NCBI GenBank assembly: GCA_013359235.1
Contig: JABWCE010000009.1
Span: 8,796-72,795 of the forward strand
Reading direction: 5' to 3'
DNA from: Bacteroidota bacterium
GTDB taxonomy: Bacteria > Bacteroidota > Bacteroidia > NS11-12g > UBA9320
Length of the DNA: 64,000 nt
Shown one piece after another: positions 33,301 through 40,800 of the stretch; position 1 is the first letter of the stretch; each line of letters opens with the position of its first letter. The position numbers were made by a program, and so were the translations under genes. The notes under the pieces were generated by a model. That model was not told the origin of the DNA. It searched no databases and was given only the letters and a program-made list of their open reading frames with translations.

Positions 33301-34793
33301 GAAATGTAAGCAATGGCGGTAATTATACTGATTCAGTTGAAAATTATATTCCAATTGATATAACAGGAAACTATATTGTAATACTCAAAACTGATGATGT
33401 TAATGAAGAGTATGAACACACAAACGAAGGTAATAATACAGTTACAGGTATTACAACAATAAGTAAAGCACCTCCAGCAGACCTTATTGTTTCATATATT
33501 TCTTCTCCTGACAGTGTAATTAGTGGTAAAAATATTAATGTTACCTATAAAGTGAAAAACATTGGCAGCAATCCTGCTTCAGGGTATTTGAGAGACAATA
33601 TATATCTTTCTGTAGATAATAAGCAAGATGCCTCAGATTATAAAATAAATTCTGAATTGTATTCAATTTCGCTTGGAACAGGCTCCGAAAACACAAAAAA
33701 TCATACTTTAAATGTTAGCGGTGTTCCATTGGGTGATTATTATGTAATAGTTTCTACCGATGTAATGAATAATATAAACGAAATTAGCGATACCAACAAT
33801 TCATCGTATTCATCAAATAAACTTAATGTAAATGTTCCAATTCTTAAAATTGGTGTAAAGGAATTTGATACATTGCCTGATAATAGTAAAATTTATTACA
33901 GAATATTGATACCCGATGAATTAGAAGGAGAAACAATGCTCATTACATTAAAAGCTGATTCAATAAAGGGAAATAATGAAATGTATGTTAGATTTAACGA
34001 CATAGCAAGTTCATCGAGTTTTGATTATAAACATGGTGATCCATTTAAGGGAAATCAGGAAATTATTATCCCCGAACTAAAAAAAGGTACATATTATTTG
34101 TTAACAACTGGAAAAACTTCAGCTGGAGATACTCAAAAAATAAGTCTTTTAGCACGAATTTTACCATTTGAAATAAGAAAAGTTTCGCCTAAAAAAGGTG
34201 GAAACACTGGTGAAGTTACTGTATTAATTGAAGGTTCTAAATTTACTGATGAAACAATTTTCATGCTATTAGATACAGCTTTAGGCGGCTCTGGTATTAC
34301 TGATGGTGAAGAAGAAATGTATCAATATTCAACTTCTTCGCCATTAAATTCAAACTTTATTGATCCTACTAAAGTATATGCAACATTTAATTTAAAGGGT
34401 ATGAAAAAGAGCAAGTATCATGTAAAAGCTGTAAAAGAAATGGAAGAAACTATTCTGAAAAATTCATTTACAATAGAAGCAGGAACAAATGAAAATCTAA
34501 TTGTAACGATGGAAAGGCCCGGCAATACCAGACGCAATATGATATTGTATTGGGATATTATTTTTGCAAATTTTGGCAATACAGATATTGTAAATAAGAA
34601 GTTAAGAATTGTGAGTTCAGGTGGTGCTCCAATAGCTTTAGACCCCAACGATTTAAAAAAGGTATATAGAGAAATAGAAGTAACTGTTCAGGGCGATGAA
34701 GGTCCACCAAATAGATTGTCGCCTGGCGGATATGGAAAAGTAAGGATATATACAGAATCTTCAGGAGCATTAGGTATAACAATAATTAAATAA
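18378..34793 (+). CDS. Giant (5471 aa) secreted modular cell-surface protein: N-terminal Cys-containing domain, ~7-8 tandem ~540-aa modules (CARDB-like Ig domain plus right-handed parallel beta-helix ending in the …TPDIGADEF motif), an Fn3-like domain, ~10 tandem CARDB domains, and a PPC-like domain
   Basis: Single uninterrupted ORF with an N-terminal signal peptide. The PDIGADEF motif recurs at ~1.63-kb spacing. The C-terminal repeats carry the CARDB-like pattern LTPPPDL.V…SG…Y.V.N.G…W.D.VYLS. Confidence 0.85.
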   Translation: MKNRFYSKLSQLFATLSVLFLFSVSKVNAQTSDTKVFDYDISGGCNVCADSFKYNYYTYDSFLDATSSKKYIESIEVKLKFFSCYSGPLYLYMNGNLIATNAIGSMCSCNSCDSSTFIINSNNVIKYYNYKQKNYFMIKTNNDNNIYIDRTIIKRNFSDRFNYDAGIFSIDSPIVNTCPGSKNIKVKVFNNGKQPISSLTIDWKWNGVSQSSASISGTLDTIGGSGSNNQVVTIGSKTFTKGKIDTLKVWTKNPGGVSDSLNSNDTMNYLFYGSYSDTITVGGTSPMFTTVQAAVNALMTYGVCGPTYIKIRPGTYTEQVTINTIPGVSASNTVTFLSSTLDSSSVIISYNSTSSSNNFTVKINETKFINFYKISIRSLSTSYSRVVSFTGNVENIVFQNCYINAAIVTSTGSSRTAIYRSYNSSSEKFNNISILNSLINGGSYGIYFSNSYVNYMNGFYVRNCIFQNQYYVNIRCDYAENVDIKGNTLNKSNSSYTWGGNAIYFNNISDSMWIRDNIISHDNAGECIYISGASGSSTNRLVIANNFISGNNNNTSGNLINLDYCSYIDLVYNNTFCSYADNAYCLNISEGNNIRLFNNNFYNDNLGEVFNIISETSSCVTQSDNNNFYHEDYGLGNWYGNYIDNIDDLKVLGMDSNSVSVDPNYTSQVNLHTYNVDLKSNAKPYSGITKDIDGESRNSSTPDIGADEFKLKTLDAGIVDRIRVTPGTKCLKVVLKNFGSNTLTSAKIDWKLNGVSKTQVNWSGSLAKGDTDIVCLGNVNFLKDSLYLLKAWTSAPNSGTDSLSDNDTLLTDFYTSLSGEYTIGGTSPDFTTFTAAVDALNDYGIIDSVLFKVRNGTYTEQLDFGYIDGATRANSVIFQSESKDSTKVTLEYGSSSYYNNYVVKLDETRGLTFRKMRIKNFSSTYMRVFDVVDRSKWFTLENNIITNLDSTNTSDETALVYINYNSGSDYLFKQNVFHNGSYAININGSWAAFDNKINIKNNIFKNQGYQTIMLYNVRNIDLSGNNINENRPYFAKGIYVSYIYGKNNIYNNYIYLTGVPEIGIQLYNQSMYAGDSLNLYNNMISIGGTYPGVGIYGSNLYNTNIYYNSVLNTCTDSTSNSCAFYYDWGNIRMYNNNFVHLNNGYSLYISSAAYQKSNFNNLYTNGTKFVYWNGNSYSNLNSYKTASSNDTSSVSIDPYFTSVSNLHTSHIGLNAKAKVIGTITKDFDGDTRNTTTPDIGADEFTPFSRDASITKFITPGNIFKADSTNFEVVVTNLGLDTIKQITVSVKINNDTLPRKYVTRSFASGDTIIVKINKKYYLHKDSTYKFTAWSSLPNGSSDQKPSNDTLTKSNQKTALSGVYTIGGTSPNYNTFKAAVNDLKSRGIIDSVRFRVRMGTYTEQFRIPQISGASKRNSIIFESEDKDTTKVTLTYASSYYDTNYVVYLDGADGITFRYMTISATSPYSYNRIFNLRNNAHNNTIYKNVLIAPNTNYAADENSLIYSENSDDNNLLINNNHFKNGDYGVYLNGYAPYSYEHGLEISDNVFQNQYGYGIYLYYGDSVNIYNNYFYSDKYYYYTGLYANYLNSNIKINKNSFVIKQGKNGIYLYSTGNSFKRNLISNNALYINNNSSSCYGIRLNYFNYFDVIHNTVNLEGTNNSSSAIYGDYGGNNTFYNNNIVNSSGYSIYLTSTSTFTNLNYNNYKSSGSYLGYWAGTYCSNLTSWQTTSTKDTLSKSVNPIFYSNTNLHVKEVALNGAAKYFSIVPNDFDGQPRNTSTPDIGADEFDLPANDGGIAAIIVPKKPFPADSQWVKVVLKNYGSNAITSVSINWKFNGTTQTTKSWTGTLNSGDTVHVKLLKKFFVGGTPYSTKVWTTSPNGSTDPENTNDTTEELNQYPAMSGVYTIGGSSPDFANFNAAINAMKLGGIIDSVRFDVRDGTYNEQFRIPKIAGAENENSIIFQSQSKDSSKVILTYAPSYSNNWIVRIDSARGVTFRYMRFNSGGGSYNRIFVVYGDAQNINLHNCLLKGIYSSTSDYSALVYTNYEYSDCPNFNNFKIYKNIFLYGSFGVYSYGYSYNSRANNLNIYENKFENQYYMGLYIYYNRNLIINKNNIYHTNSYTGYTSGYGIYLYYLTEGYKITSNKIYNQEYTAISATNCNGAVGDSSLVANNFIHSRNTSSTTNAVNFYNNYYLNFYYNNIHIKNTNANSTSAYFQYLDYSNINNNNFVNIGNGWALYAYYGSIIKFNNNNYYTNGSKLLNRNGNSYANLSDWQTATSYDLNSLNVNPNYTTDTDLHTDQIDLNGKARNIKYIIDKDIDEQSRDINTPDIGADEYVPPAIDAGVTLLKSPGSTFSATTYDIIAIIKNFGTDTIKKVKVKIKINNDTLARKIVTKSIKTGDTAHVKLGQFTFHKDSTYNMYVWTFEPNDVSDQNSENDTLKLLNKQTALSGVYTIGGTTPDFTNFKAAVNALKTRGIIDSVRFRVRSGTYTEQLKIPEITGAGSRNSIIFESENKDTSSVTLMYNSVYSDTNYVVLLDGADGITFRYLIIKANSSSNYNRVISLKNGAHYNTIYKNIIEGSNTSWGSDYNALIYSGSDADNNTQIKDNHFKNGDIAIFLYGYPSQAPYTYEKGNEISGNKILNPYYRGIHLQYQDTLNISANYLYMDKYNGATGIYLDNAKTNITIYRNILELKQAYSGFNFDYFGTSFNRNLVSNNAIYIKNNSSGCNGIYFYSPQYVDLIHNSINVESSINGSKALYLYYGSYNNLFNNNFVNSGYGYSNYIYSTSNLTSNYNNLFSNSTTYFANWNGTNISNISAWKSTTSKDANSISVDPLYKAANNLHVKEMSLNAAGTYFSSVPLDFDYETRDNTHPDIGADEFQLPSNDAGVYSIIVPKKPFPADSQYVKVAIKNFGGNKIYQVNIGWTFNGVLQTPITCTDSIESGDTLHIKLAKMFFAKYTNHNVKVWTYSPNGASDGLITNDTMQVLNQQPAMSGVYTIGGASPDFATFNDAVNAMKTCGIIDSVRFDVRSGTYYEKFIIPYIAGANNENSIIFQSELKDSSKVVLMGTPSYTDNYVVRFDSTIGVTFRYLTLRTTLPLYYNRVVEMNRECKKINIHDCNLIGNYASGTDYNESVIYIYNSNTVFNSFNNIKIYRNNIINGSYGVYCNGSSNFSKGIDLKIYQNNFYNQYYMGMFLSYNRNMYLHKNIIDRNISGYYTCFGVYIQEITEGFVVTNNKISNYNYYGLFAYYSYGSSGDTSLIANNFIHASSSNSINGAYIYNCNYINFFNNNINVVSTQSSSKSAYFYSLSNASVCNNIFSMNGAGFAMYNYYGSFIRSDFNNFYTGGTYLMNYNGTSYTTLSAYKSASGLETNSFNVDPDYVSNTDLHIRATDLDGKGRNHKYLITKDIDDQNRNTATPDIGADEFDIPAANDAGILSYISPVAAFAAGSNSVYVVIKNFGSDSLKSATIKWRVNGNLQTSKSWTGKLKTGQTDTVNIGNYNFISGKDHDLKFWTTDPNGVADTTNYNDTLLKNDVFAALDGVYTVYGTLPDFADLNEAFNAIKLGGVIDTVWLKLRSGTHTVNATLNQYLGSSPNHPVIIESASGDSSDVVLTGTTVIYLSGSDYIKFKKLTFQSHYRCIEINNMSNGISFENCHFIMDDYWWYTTYGIYSGSSADDSLTVKNCKFSDGDIAIYIYGYPNSGSILEKNHIISNNSFVNQSSKSIYVSYVNSLEVTKNLISTTSSNSTFIVEFNHTQNKINFSYNKIIRYADYSSGLVFYNHVGTNTTKSLISNNFISTYGSTLTKGVELYNSQYINFYHNSLNQYGSATGTNSFSLHINGGANFDIRNNVIANTGSGYSMFYENSPSSVNSDYNDIYSSGTYIGRINTTDYSTLSNWQSATSKEANSISFNPSYVSNTDLHSNLAALDSACLYISSVTDDIDNESRNTSYPDIGADEFQSLANNLGVVSVIKPETTCGLDSTYIKLRVFNFGNQNQVNYPLKYKLSSSPTIQSVTITDTIKPGQFYEYQFAAKEAISFNTTLSIKAWTDLSAEMYRNNDSILQSFINYSTPDSVKFMSPSNGTSNIDFPFTLSWLPSTGATKYDIYIWDTATSKPPTPTVSNHSQISYQITAGLAYGKTYYWQVIAKNPICYTNGVVQLFTIRHLPDLIVDEVNGPHTAFSGTNISVSWKVKNQGLGATNKNWHDNVYLSSDTIWDITDLNLGNTQNATALNPSQSYNSSLSFTIPNGTTGNYYLIVFADKYTNLKETNDDNNTKRDTGKIKITLTPPPDLQVMSVSRPSVVFSGSTVNTTYTVKNKGTGDTRYGGWYDHIYLSTEKVKNGSSYHIGTNWRSGNLKVDSSYSVTKSVTIPNYISGKYFFVVVTDYNNNEYEYAFESNNSTGSDTIKVLLTPPPDLIVKNVELKDTVSNSENVLINYNVINDGGTSTGNNFYDALYLCPTPTFNLSISSWIGQMFHYNLASKDTSEVSSYFQMPKNINGKYYLFVLTDYYNSINEVSNEGNNTSIRDSIIIFSPDLIVTKVIVNSIDSTGSTTPIKWTVKNVGKGNDYQGLRYDSIFISPSSTWNRSNAKALGRFNYSNNLLVGDSIDRNEIVTIPDGYLGTKYFYVFTDGTNNVYEWTKENNNINVSDSMVVKLSPYPDLLPLVLSYYDSAEAGQLISLIYKVKNQGTNIANPTWKDKFYLSKDSTFNPTKVIELNSVTKSSILKIDSSYSSAIYFTLPNSIARGDYYYWVFTDAQLNVFEYTNDSNNKARSPKAFIDGYPPVDLKVNCPTIYNDTLKSGSTYSIAYSVTNIGDAETQQSSWNDGVYLSTDSILSSGDIKLKTIPTNKSLKKDSSYSISSTITIPNGTEGKYYLIVKTDVGKVITDVDTNNNKKTVCKGNGFAKLFVIELTPPPDLRFISWNVPSTAISGQKMKIKWKVENNGTGATRSGSWTDKVYLSTDYNIDGNDYGFGYVRHSGNVSNGGNYTDSVENYIPIDITGNYIVILKTDDVNEEYEHTNEGNNTVTGITTISKAPPADLIVSYISSPDSVISGKNINVTYKVKNIGSNPASGYLRDNIYLSVDNKQDASDYKINSELYSISLGTGSENTKNHTLNVSGVPLGDYYVIVSTDVMNNINEISDTNNSSYSSNKLNVNVPILKIGVKEFDTLPDNSKIYYRILIPDELEGETMLITLKADSIKGNNEMYVRFNDIASSSSFDYKHGDPFKGNQEIIIPELKKGTYYLLTTGKTSAGDTQKISLLARILPFEIRKVSPKKGGNTGEVTVLIEGSKFTDETIFMLLDTALGGSGITDGEEEMYQYSTSSPLNSNFIDPTKVYATFNLKGMKKSKYHVKAVKEMEETILKNSFTIEAGTNENLIVTMERPGNTRRNMILYWDIIFANFGNTDIVNKKLRIVSSGGAPIALDPNDLKKVYREIEVTVQGDEGPPNRLSPGGYGKVRIYTESSGALGITIIK
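18880..30250 (+). repeat. Tandem array of ~1.6-kb diverged coding modules inside the giant gene
   Basis: PDIGADE(F/Y) motifs end near 20500, 22105, 23730, 25370, 27005, 28645 and 30245. The modules are collinear at the protein level but diverged at the DNA level. Confidence 0.7.
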
Positions 34794-34801
34794 GAATAGC
34801 C

Positions 34802-37800
34802 ATGAAAAAATTAATATTAAATACAGCAAAAGTAATTTCGATAGCAATGTCACTTTTTGTGACAAACATATACGCTCAACAAAACAAAGAGCTGATTTTA
34901 GAAGCAGAATACAATAACTCTAATTTGCTATTTAGTTTCAAACCGCATCCATCTTGGAGTTATACTTCACTTGAAAACTTGCCTAAAGTTTTATCTGAAA
35001 TTTATAATGTCTCAGGAAACTTCACTTTCAAAGCAATGTCAACCGATAAAGGTGAAGGCTATACTGTCACAAAGTACATGCAAACAATAAATGGTTATCC
35101 TGTTGATGGCGGCGATATAATTATAAGCAGAAAAAGTAATGGACAAATTGAACAAATTATTGGTACTTTACGTGACCCGCTGACAATTGTTCCTCCAACA
35201 ATAAGTTCTGAAAAGGCATTAGAAATTGCAAATAATACTTTGGAAATTACACCAGATGATTATTTTAAAATTGCAAATGAACCAATACGACAACCAAAAA
35301 TTAATCTTAAATATGCAGCATTAAATGGAGTAGAAAATGCAAAAGTTGTACTTTGTTATGAAATTGAAATTTTAACAAATAAACCCACAAGAGTTTTTCT
35401 ATATATAAATGCAACCAATGGAAATGTGGAGTTTTATCACAAAGCAATGCATACTGCAAATGGTACCGGAAACTCGTTATATTCTGGCAATGGGTTAGCA
35501 GTAAATACTAAAAAGATAAGTAATACTAATTACAGATTAGAAGATACAGCCCGTAAAATAAGAACAATATATTGTTATAACGATACCCTTCATAATGGTA
35601 GTTGGATAATAGCTTGGGATGCAGATAATAATTTTACTTCCACTTGGCAAAAAGCGGGTATAGATGTTCATTATGGCATTGCAAAAACCTATGACTATTT
35701 TAAAACTAAACACAACAGAACATCTTATGACAATAATGGAACATTGATTAGGAATTTTTATGCATACTTACCTGTAGATGAAGCAAGAAATGGTGTAACA
35801 GGTTACAATAATGCATTTTGGAATGGATCAGAAATGATGTATGGAACAGGTGATGGAAATCTTTTTTCAGCACTGGTATCTGTTGATATTGCAGGTCATG
35901 AATTTTCACATGCCGTAGTAGAAAAAACTGCTAATCTTCAGTATCGCAATGAATCGGGAGCTTTAAATGAATCATTTGCCGATATTTTTGGTTATTGTAT
36001 TGAAGATTTTACCGAAGGTGGAAGTAATTGGCAAATTGGTGAAGATTGTTTTTCTCCAGCAACTGCAGGTGATGCATTAAGAAACATGCAAACACCAAAA
36101 ACACCCAATACTGTTCATAATGCTTTTAAACAACCAAATTGCTACGATGGAACATATTGGACATCGCAAGTAGGTTGTGTTCCAAATGACAATAATGACC
36201 TTTGTGGAGTTCACGGAAATTCAGGCGTCGGTAATTATTGGTTCTACCTACTTACCGCAGGAAGTGGAGGAGATAAACAAAATGACAAAAATAAAACCTA
36301 CAATGTTACCGGTATTACAAGAGCAAAAAGCGAAAAAATAGTTTATCGTGCTTTATCACAGTTTATGACTGCACATTCAGACTATAAAGCAGCAAGAAAA
36401 GCAACTTTACTCGCTGCCGAAAAACTGTACGGATATAAATCAAACGAATGGAAACAAGTATGTAATGCTTGGTATGCAGTAAATGTTGGAGATAAATGTT
36501 GTGATACATTAGAAGTAAAATTTGATGTAATCAATCCAAAATGTCATGATTCGCATGATGGAGAAATTGATCTTACAATAAAAAAGAAAGGTGGAGGAAA
36601 AGAACCTGAATACTATTGGCACAAAGGCGATACTACAAGTGTAGTATTTTCACGAAGTCAAGATGTTGTGGGGTTAGATTCAGGAAATTATGTGGTTGTA
36701 ATAAAAGATACTGTTGCAAAATGCGAAATTGTAGCAGATACAAATCTTGTAGCTCCTGATAAATTAAAATTGACTGTTTCAGGCAGCGGAGTGATTTTTG
36801 GAGCATGCCAAAGATCATTTACTGTTACTTTAACTGCTAATGCAAGTGGTGGTACTGAGCCATATACTTACAATTGGCCCAATGGAATAAAAGAAATTAT
36901 TTGTAGCGGTGGTAGTGGATTTTTCAGAACTTATACTGCAACAGTAATTGATAAAAATAATTGCACAGCCGAAGCAACGGCTTGGGTTATGTACATACCA
37001 ATTACTTGTTCGTACGACCCCAATGATATTATTGGTCCGCCAAGCTATGGTGATAAAAAATGGGTTTCGGTAAATGCTACTTTACCATATAAAATTAGAT
37101 ACGAAAATGATCCCAAATTTGCAACAGGACCTGCACAAAAAGTTTCAATTACTCATCCATTGGATACAAATGTAGATTTAACTTCGTTCAGGCTTTCAAG
37201 TTTTGGTTTTTATAAATACAATTTTGATGTTCCGAGCAATTCAACTACATATTCAGACAGATTAGATTTAAGAGATTCATTTGGGATATATCTTGATGTT
37301 ACAGCCGGAGTTGATATTAATACACGTGAAGCATTTTGGATTTTTGAAAGTATTGATCCTACAACCGGGGTACCTCCGCTCGATGGAAATAAAGGTTATT
37401 TAGCCATTAATGACACTATAACGCACAAGGGCGAAGGTTATGTAAATTATACCATAAAACCAAAATCAACTGCAAAAACACTCGATAGTATTAGAGCAAA
37501 AGCTACAATAGTTTTTGATGATAATACTCCAGTGCCTACCCCACGTATTCATAATATAATTGATGCAGTAGCACCAACAAGTTATATTAAAGATGTACCC
37601 GCTGTAATTGACTCAAATATTGTTGAAATGTATATCAAAGCAAAAGATGATACACTTGGTTCGGGTGTTGGTTACTTTAATATTTTTGTTTCTGAAAACG
37701 ATGGACCTTACAATTTAGTAGCAAACAAAATACAAGATACAATTTATAAATTCAGGGGCAATTTTGGTTCATCTTACAAAGCTTATTCTATTGCATTTGA

Positions 37801-40800
37801 TAATACAGATAATGAAGAAAATGATAAAACAAGCCCTGATATTACTTTCAGTATTGCTTCAAATGAATTTTTTAAACCTATTCCATCAAATACAAGCTTA
37901 TGTTCTGGTGATACCCTTAAAATAAGATGGCAACGCTCATTTTTCAATTCAATAAAATTACAATACACAGCAGATTCCGGAGTTTCTTATACAACTTTTG
38001 CAACAAATTTAAGCGGCTCGGATACACTGTACAAATGGGTAATTCCAAGCTCAATCAGCGGAATTAAAAAATATTTTATTAGATCATTAACATCTACTGA
38101 TGTGGTTTTTGATACTTCAGATATTTTCGAATTAAAACAAGGACCAATTGTTAATTTAGGCAGAGATACCTCATTGTGCGATGGTACTTCATTTTCATTT
38201 GTACTTGATGCCGGAAGCGGATACCCTTCTTACAAATGGAACGATAGCACTACAAACCAAACCAAAACAGTGAACACCTATGGAACATACTGGGTTAAAG
38301 TTACAGCTTCAACAGGATGTAAATCTACTGATGAGTTTAAGATTATTAAAAATTTACTACCTGTTGTTTCGTCAAAATCTACCTCAAATCCAATGTGTTT
38401 TGGAGATTACAACGGAAGCATAGATATTACTGTAGTTTCTGGAACCGCACCATACAAGTACAAATGGAACAATAATGATTCAACTCAAGATTTATCTTCA
38501 ATTGCCGCAGGTACTTACATCGTAACAATTACCGATGTTAAAACATGCTCAATCAAAGATACTACCTTATTGACCCAGCCTGCAAAACTTACAATAAGCC
38601 ATGTTATATCAAATGTAAAATGTTTTGGTGGAAGTGATGGCTCAGTTGATATTACAGTTACAGGAGGTACAGCACCATATACTTATGTTTGGAGCAATTC
38701 TGCAACAACTCAGGATTTATCAGGTTTGGCAATTGGTAAATATTACCTGCAGGTGATAGATGACCACGGCTGTTTTGCTTATGATACAATTGAAATTACT
38801 CAACCTCCAAAACTTGCAAAATCTCATACTCTTACTCATGTTAAATGTTTTGGGCAAAGTACAGGTGCATTTGATGTTACAATCACCGGAGGAGTTACAC
38901 CATACAGTTATAGTTGGAGCAATTCATCAACAAATGAAGACTTGACAAATGTCCCAGCCGGAACGTATTATTTAACAGTAACCGATGCAAATTTGTGTAT
39001 TATTAAAGATACCGGTACAATTACACAACCATCAGCACCATTGGCAAGTACAAAAACTCAAGTTGATGTGAAATGTTACGGTGATGCAACCGGTTCTATT
39101 GATTTGACAGTAACAGGCGGAACGCCCGGTTATACTTATTCATGGACAGCAAGCGGTGGAGGAAGTGTTCCTTCAGGTCAATCAATCAATCAGGATTTGA
39201 CAGGTTTGATAGCAGGAACATATTCTGTTACTATTACCGATGCCAATAGTTGTACTTTAAATAATAGTGCAACAATTACCCAACCTGCTGCACCTTTAGC
39301 AAGTTCAAATACAAAAGTAGATGTGAAATGTTTTGGAGATGCAACAGGCTCTATTGATTTAACAGTTACCGGTGGAACAACAAGCTATTCATATTCATGG
39401 ACAGCAAGCGGCGGCGGAAGTGTTCCTACAGGACAATCAACCAATCAAGATTTAACAGGTTTGATAGCCGGAACGTATTCTGTTACAATTACCGATGCAA
39501 ATAATTGTATAAACACAAGAAGTGTTACAATAAGTCAACCAACATTGCTTACAAGTTCAGGAACTCAAGTAAATGTAAAATGCTATGGCGATGCAACCGG
39601 TTCTATTGATTTATCAGTAACAGGCGGAACTCCAGTCTATACTTATTCATGGACAGCAAGTGGTGGAGGAAGTGTACCTTCAGGTCAATCAACAAATCAA
39701 GATTTATCTGGTTTAATAGCCGGAACATATTCTGTTACAATTACTGATGCCTATAATTGTATAAAAACCAACAGTTTTACAATTACACAACCTTCAGCAC
39801 CATTAGCAAGTACTAAAACACAGATAAATGTAAAATGCTATGGTGATGCAACCGGTTCTATTGATTTGACAGTAACAGGCGGAACGCCCGGTTATACTTA
39901 TTCATGGACAGCAAGTGGTGGAGGAAGTGTTCCTTCTGGTCAATCAACCAATCAGGATTTGACGGGTTTAATAGCAGGAACATATTCTGTTACTATTACC
40001 GATGCCAATAGTTGTACAACAAATAATAGTGCAACAATTACCCAACCTTCAGCACCACTATCAAGCAGTTTGACACAAGTAAATGTAAAATGCTATGGTG
40101 ATGCAACAGGTTCAATTGACTTAACGGTTACCGGTGGAACAACTGGATATACATATTCTTGGACAGCCAGCGGAGGCGGAAGTGTACCAAGCGGACAATC
40201 AACCAATCAAGATTTAACAGGTTTGATAGCCGGAACATATTCTGTTACAATTACCGATGCAAATAATTGTACAAATACAAAGAGTACAACAATTACTCAA
40301 CCTTCGGCACCAATAACACCTTCTTATACTCAAGTAAATGTTAAATGTTACAGCAATTCAACCGGTTCTATTGATTTAACAGTAACAGGCGGAACTCCAG
40401 GTTACACATATTCATGGACAGCAAGCGGTGGAGGTAGCGTACCTTCGGGTCAATCAACCAATCAGGATTTAACAGGTCTTGTTGCCGGAACTTATACAGT
40501 TTTGATAACAGATGCAAATAATTGTACTAAGACAGTAAACGTTACTATTACCCAACCATCGGCTGCTCTTTCAAGCAGTTTGACTAAGGTTGATGTGAAA
40601 TGTTATGGTGATGCAACCGGTTCTATTGATTTAACAGTAACAGGCGGTACTACAGCCTACTCTTATTCATGGACAGCAAGCGGAGGTGGAAGTGTACCTT
40701 CGGGTCAATCAACCAATCAGGATTTGACAGGTTTGATAGCTGGAACTTATTCAGTAACTATTACTGATGCCAACAGTTGTACAACAACTAACAGTTCTAC

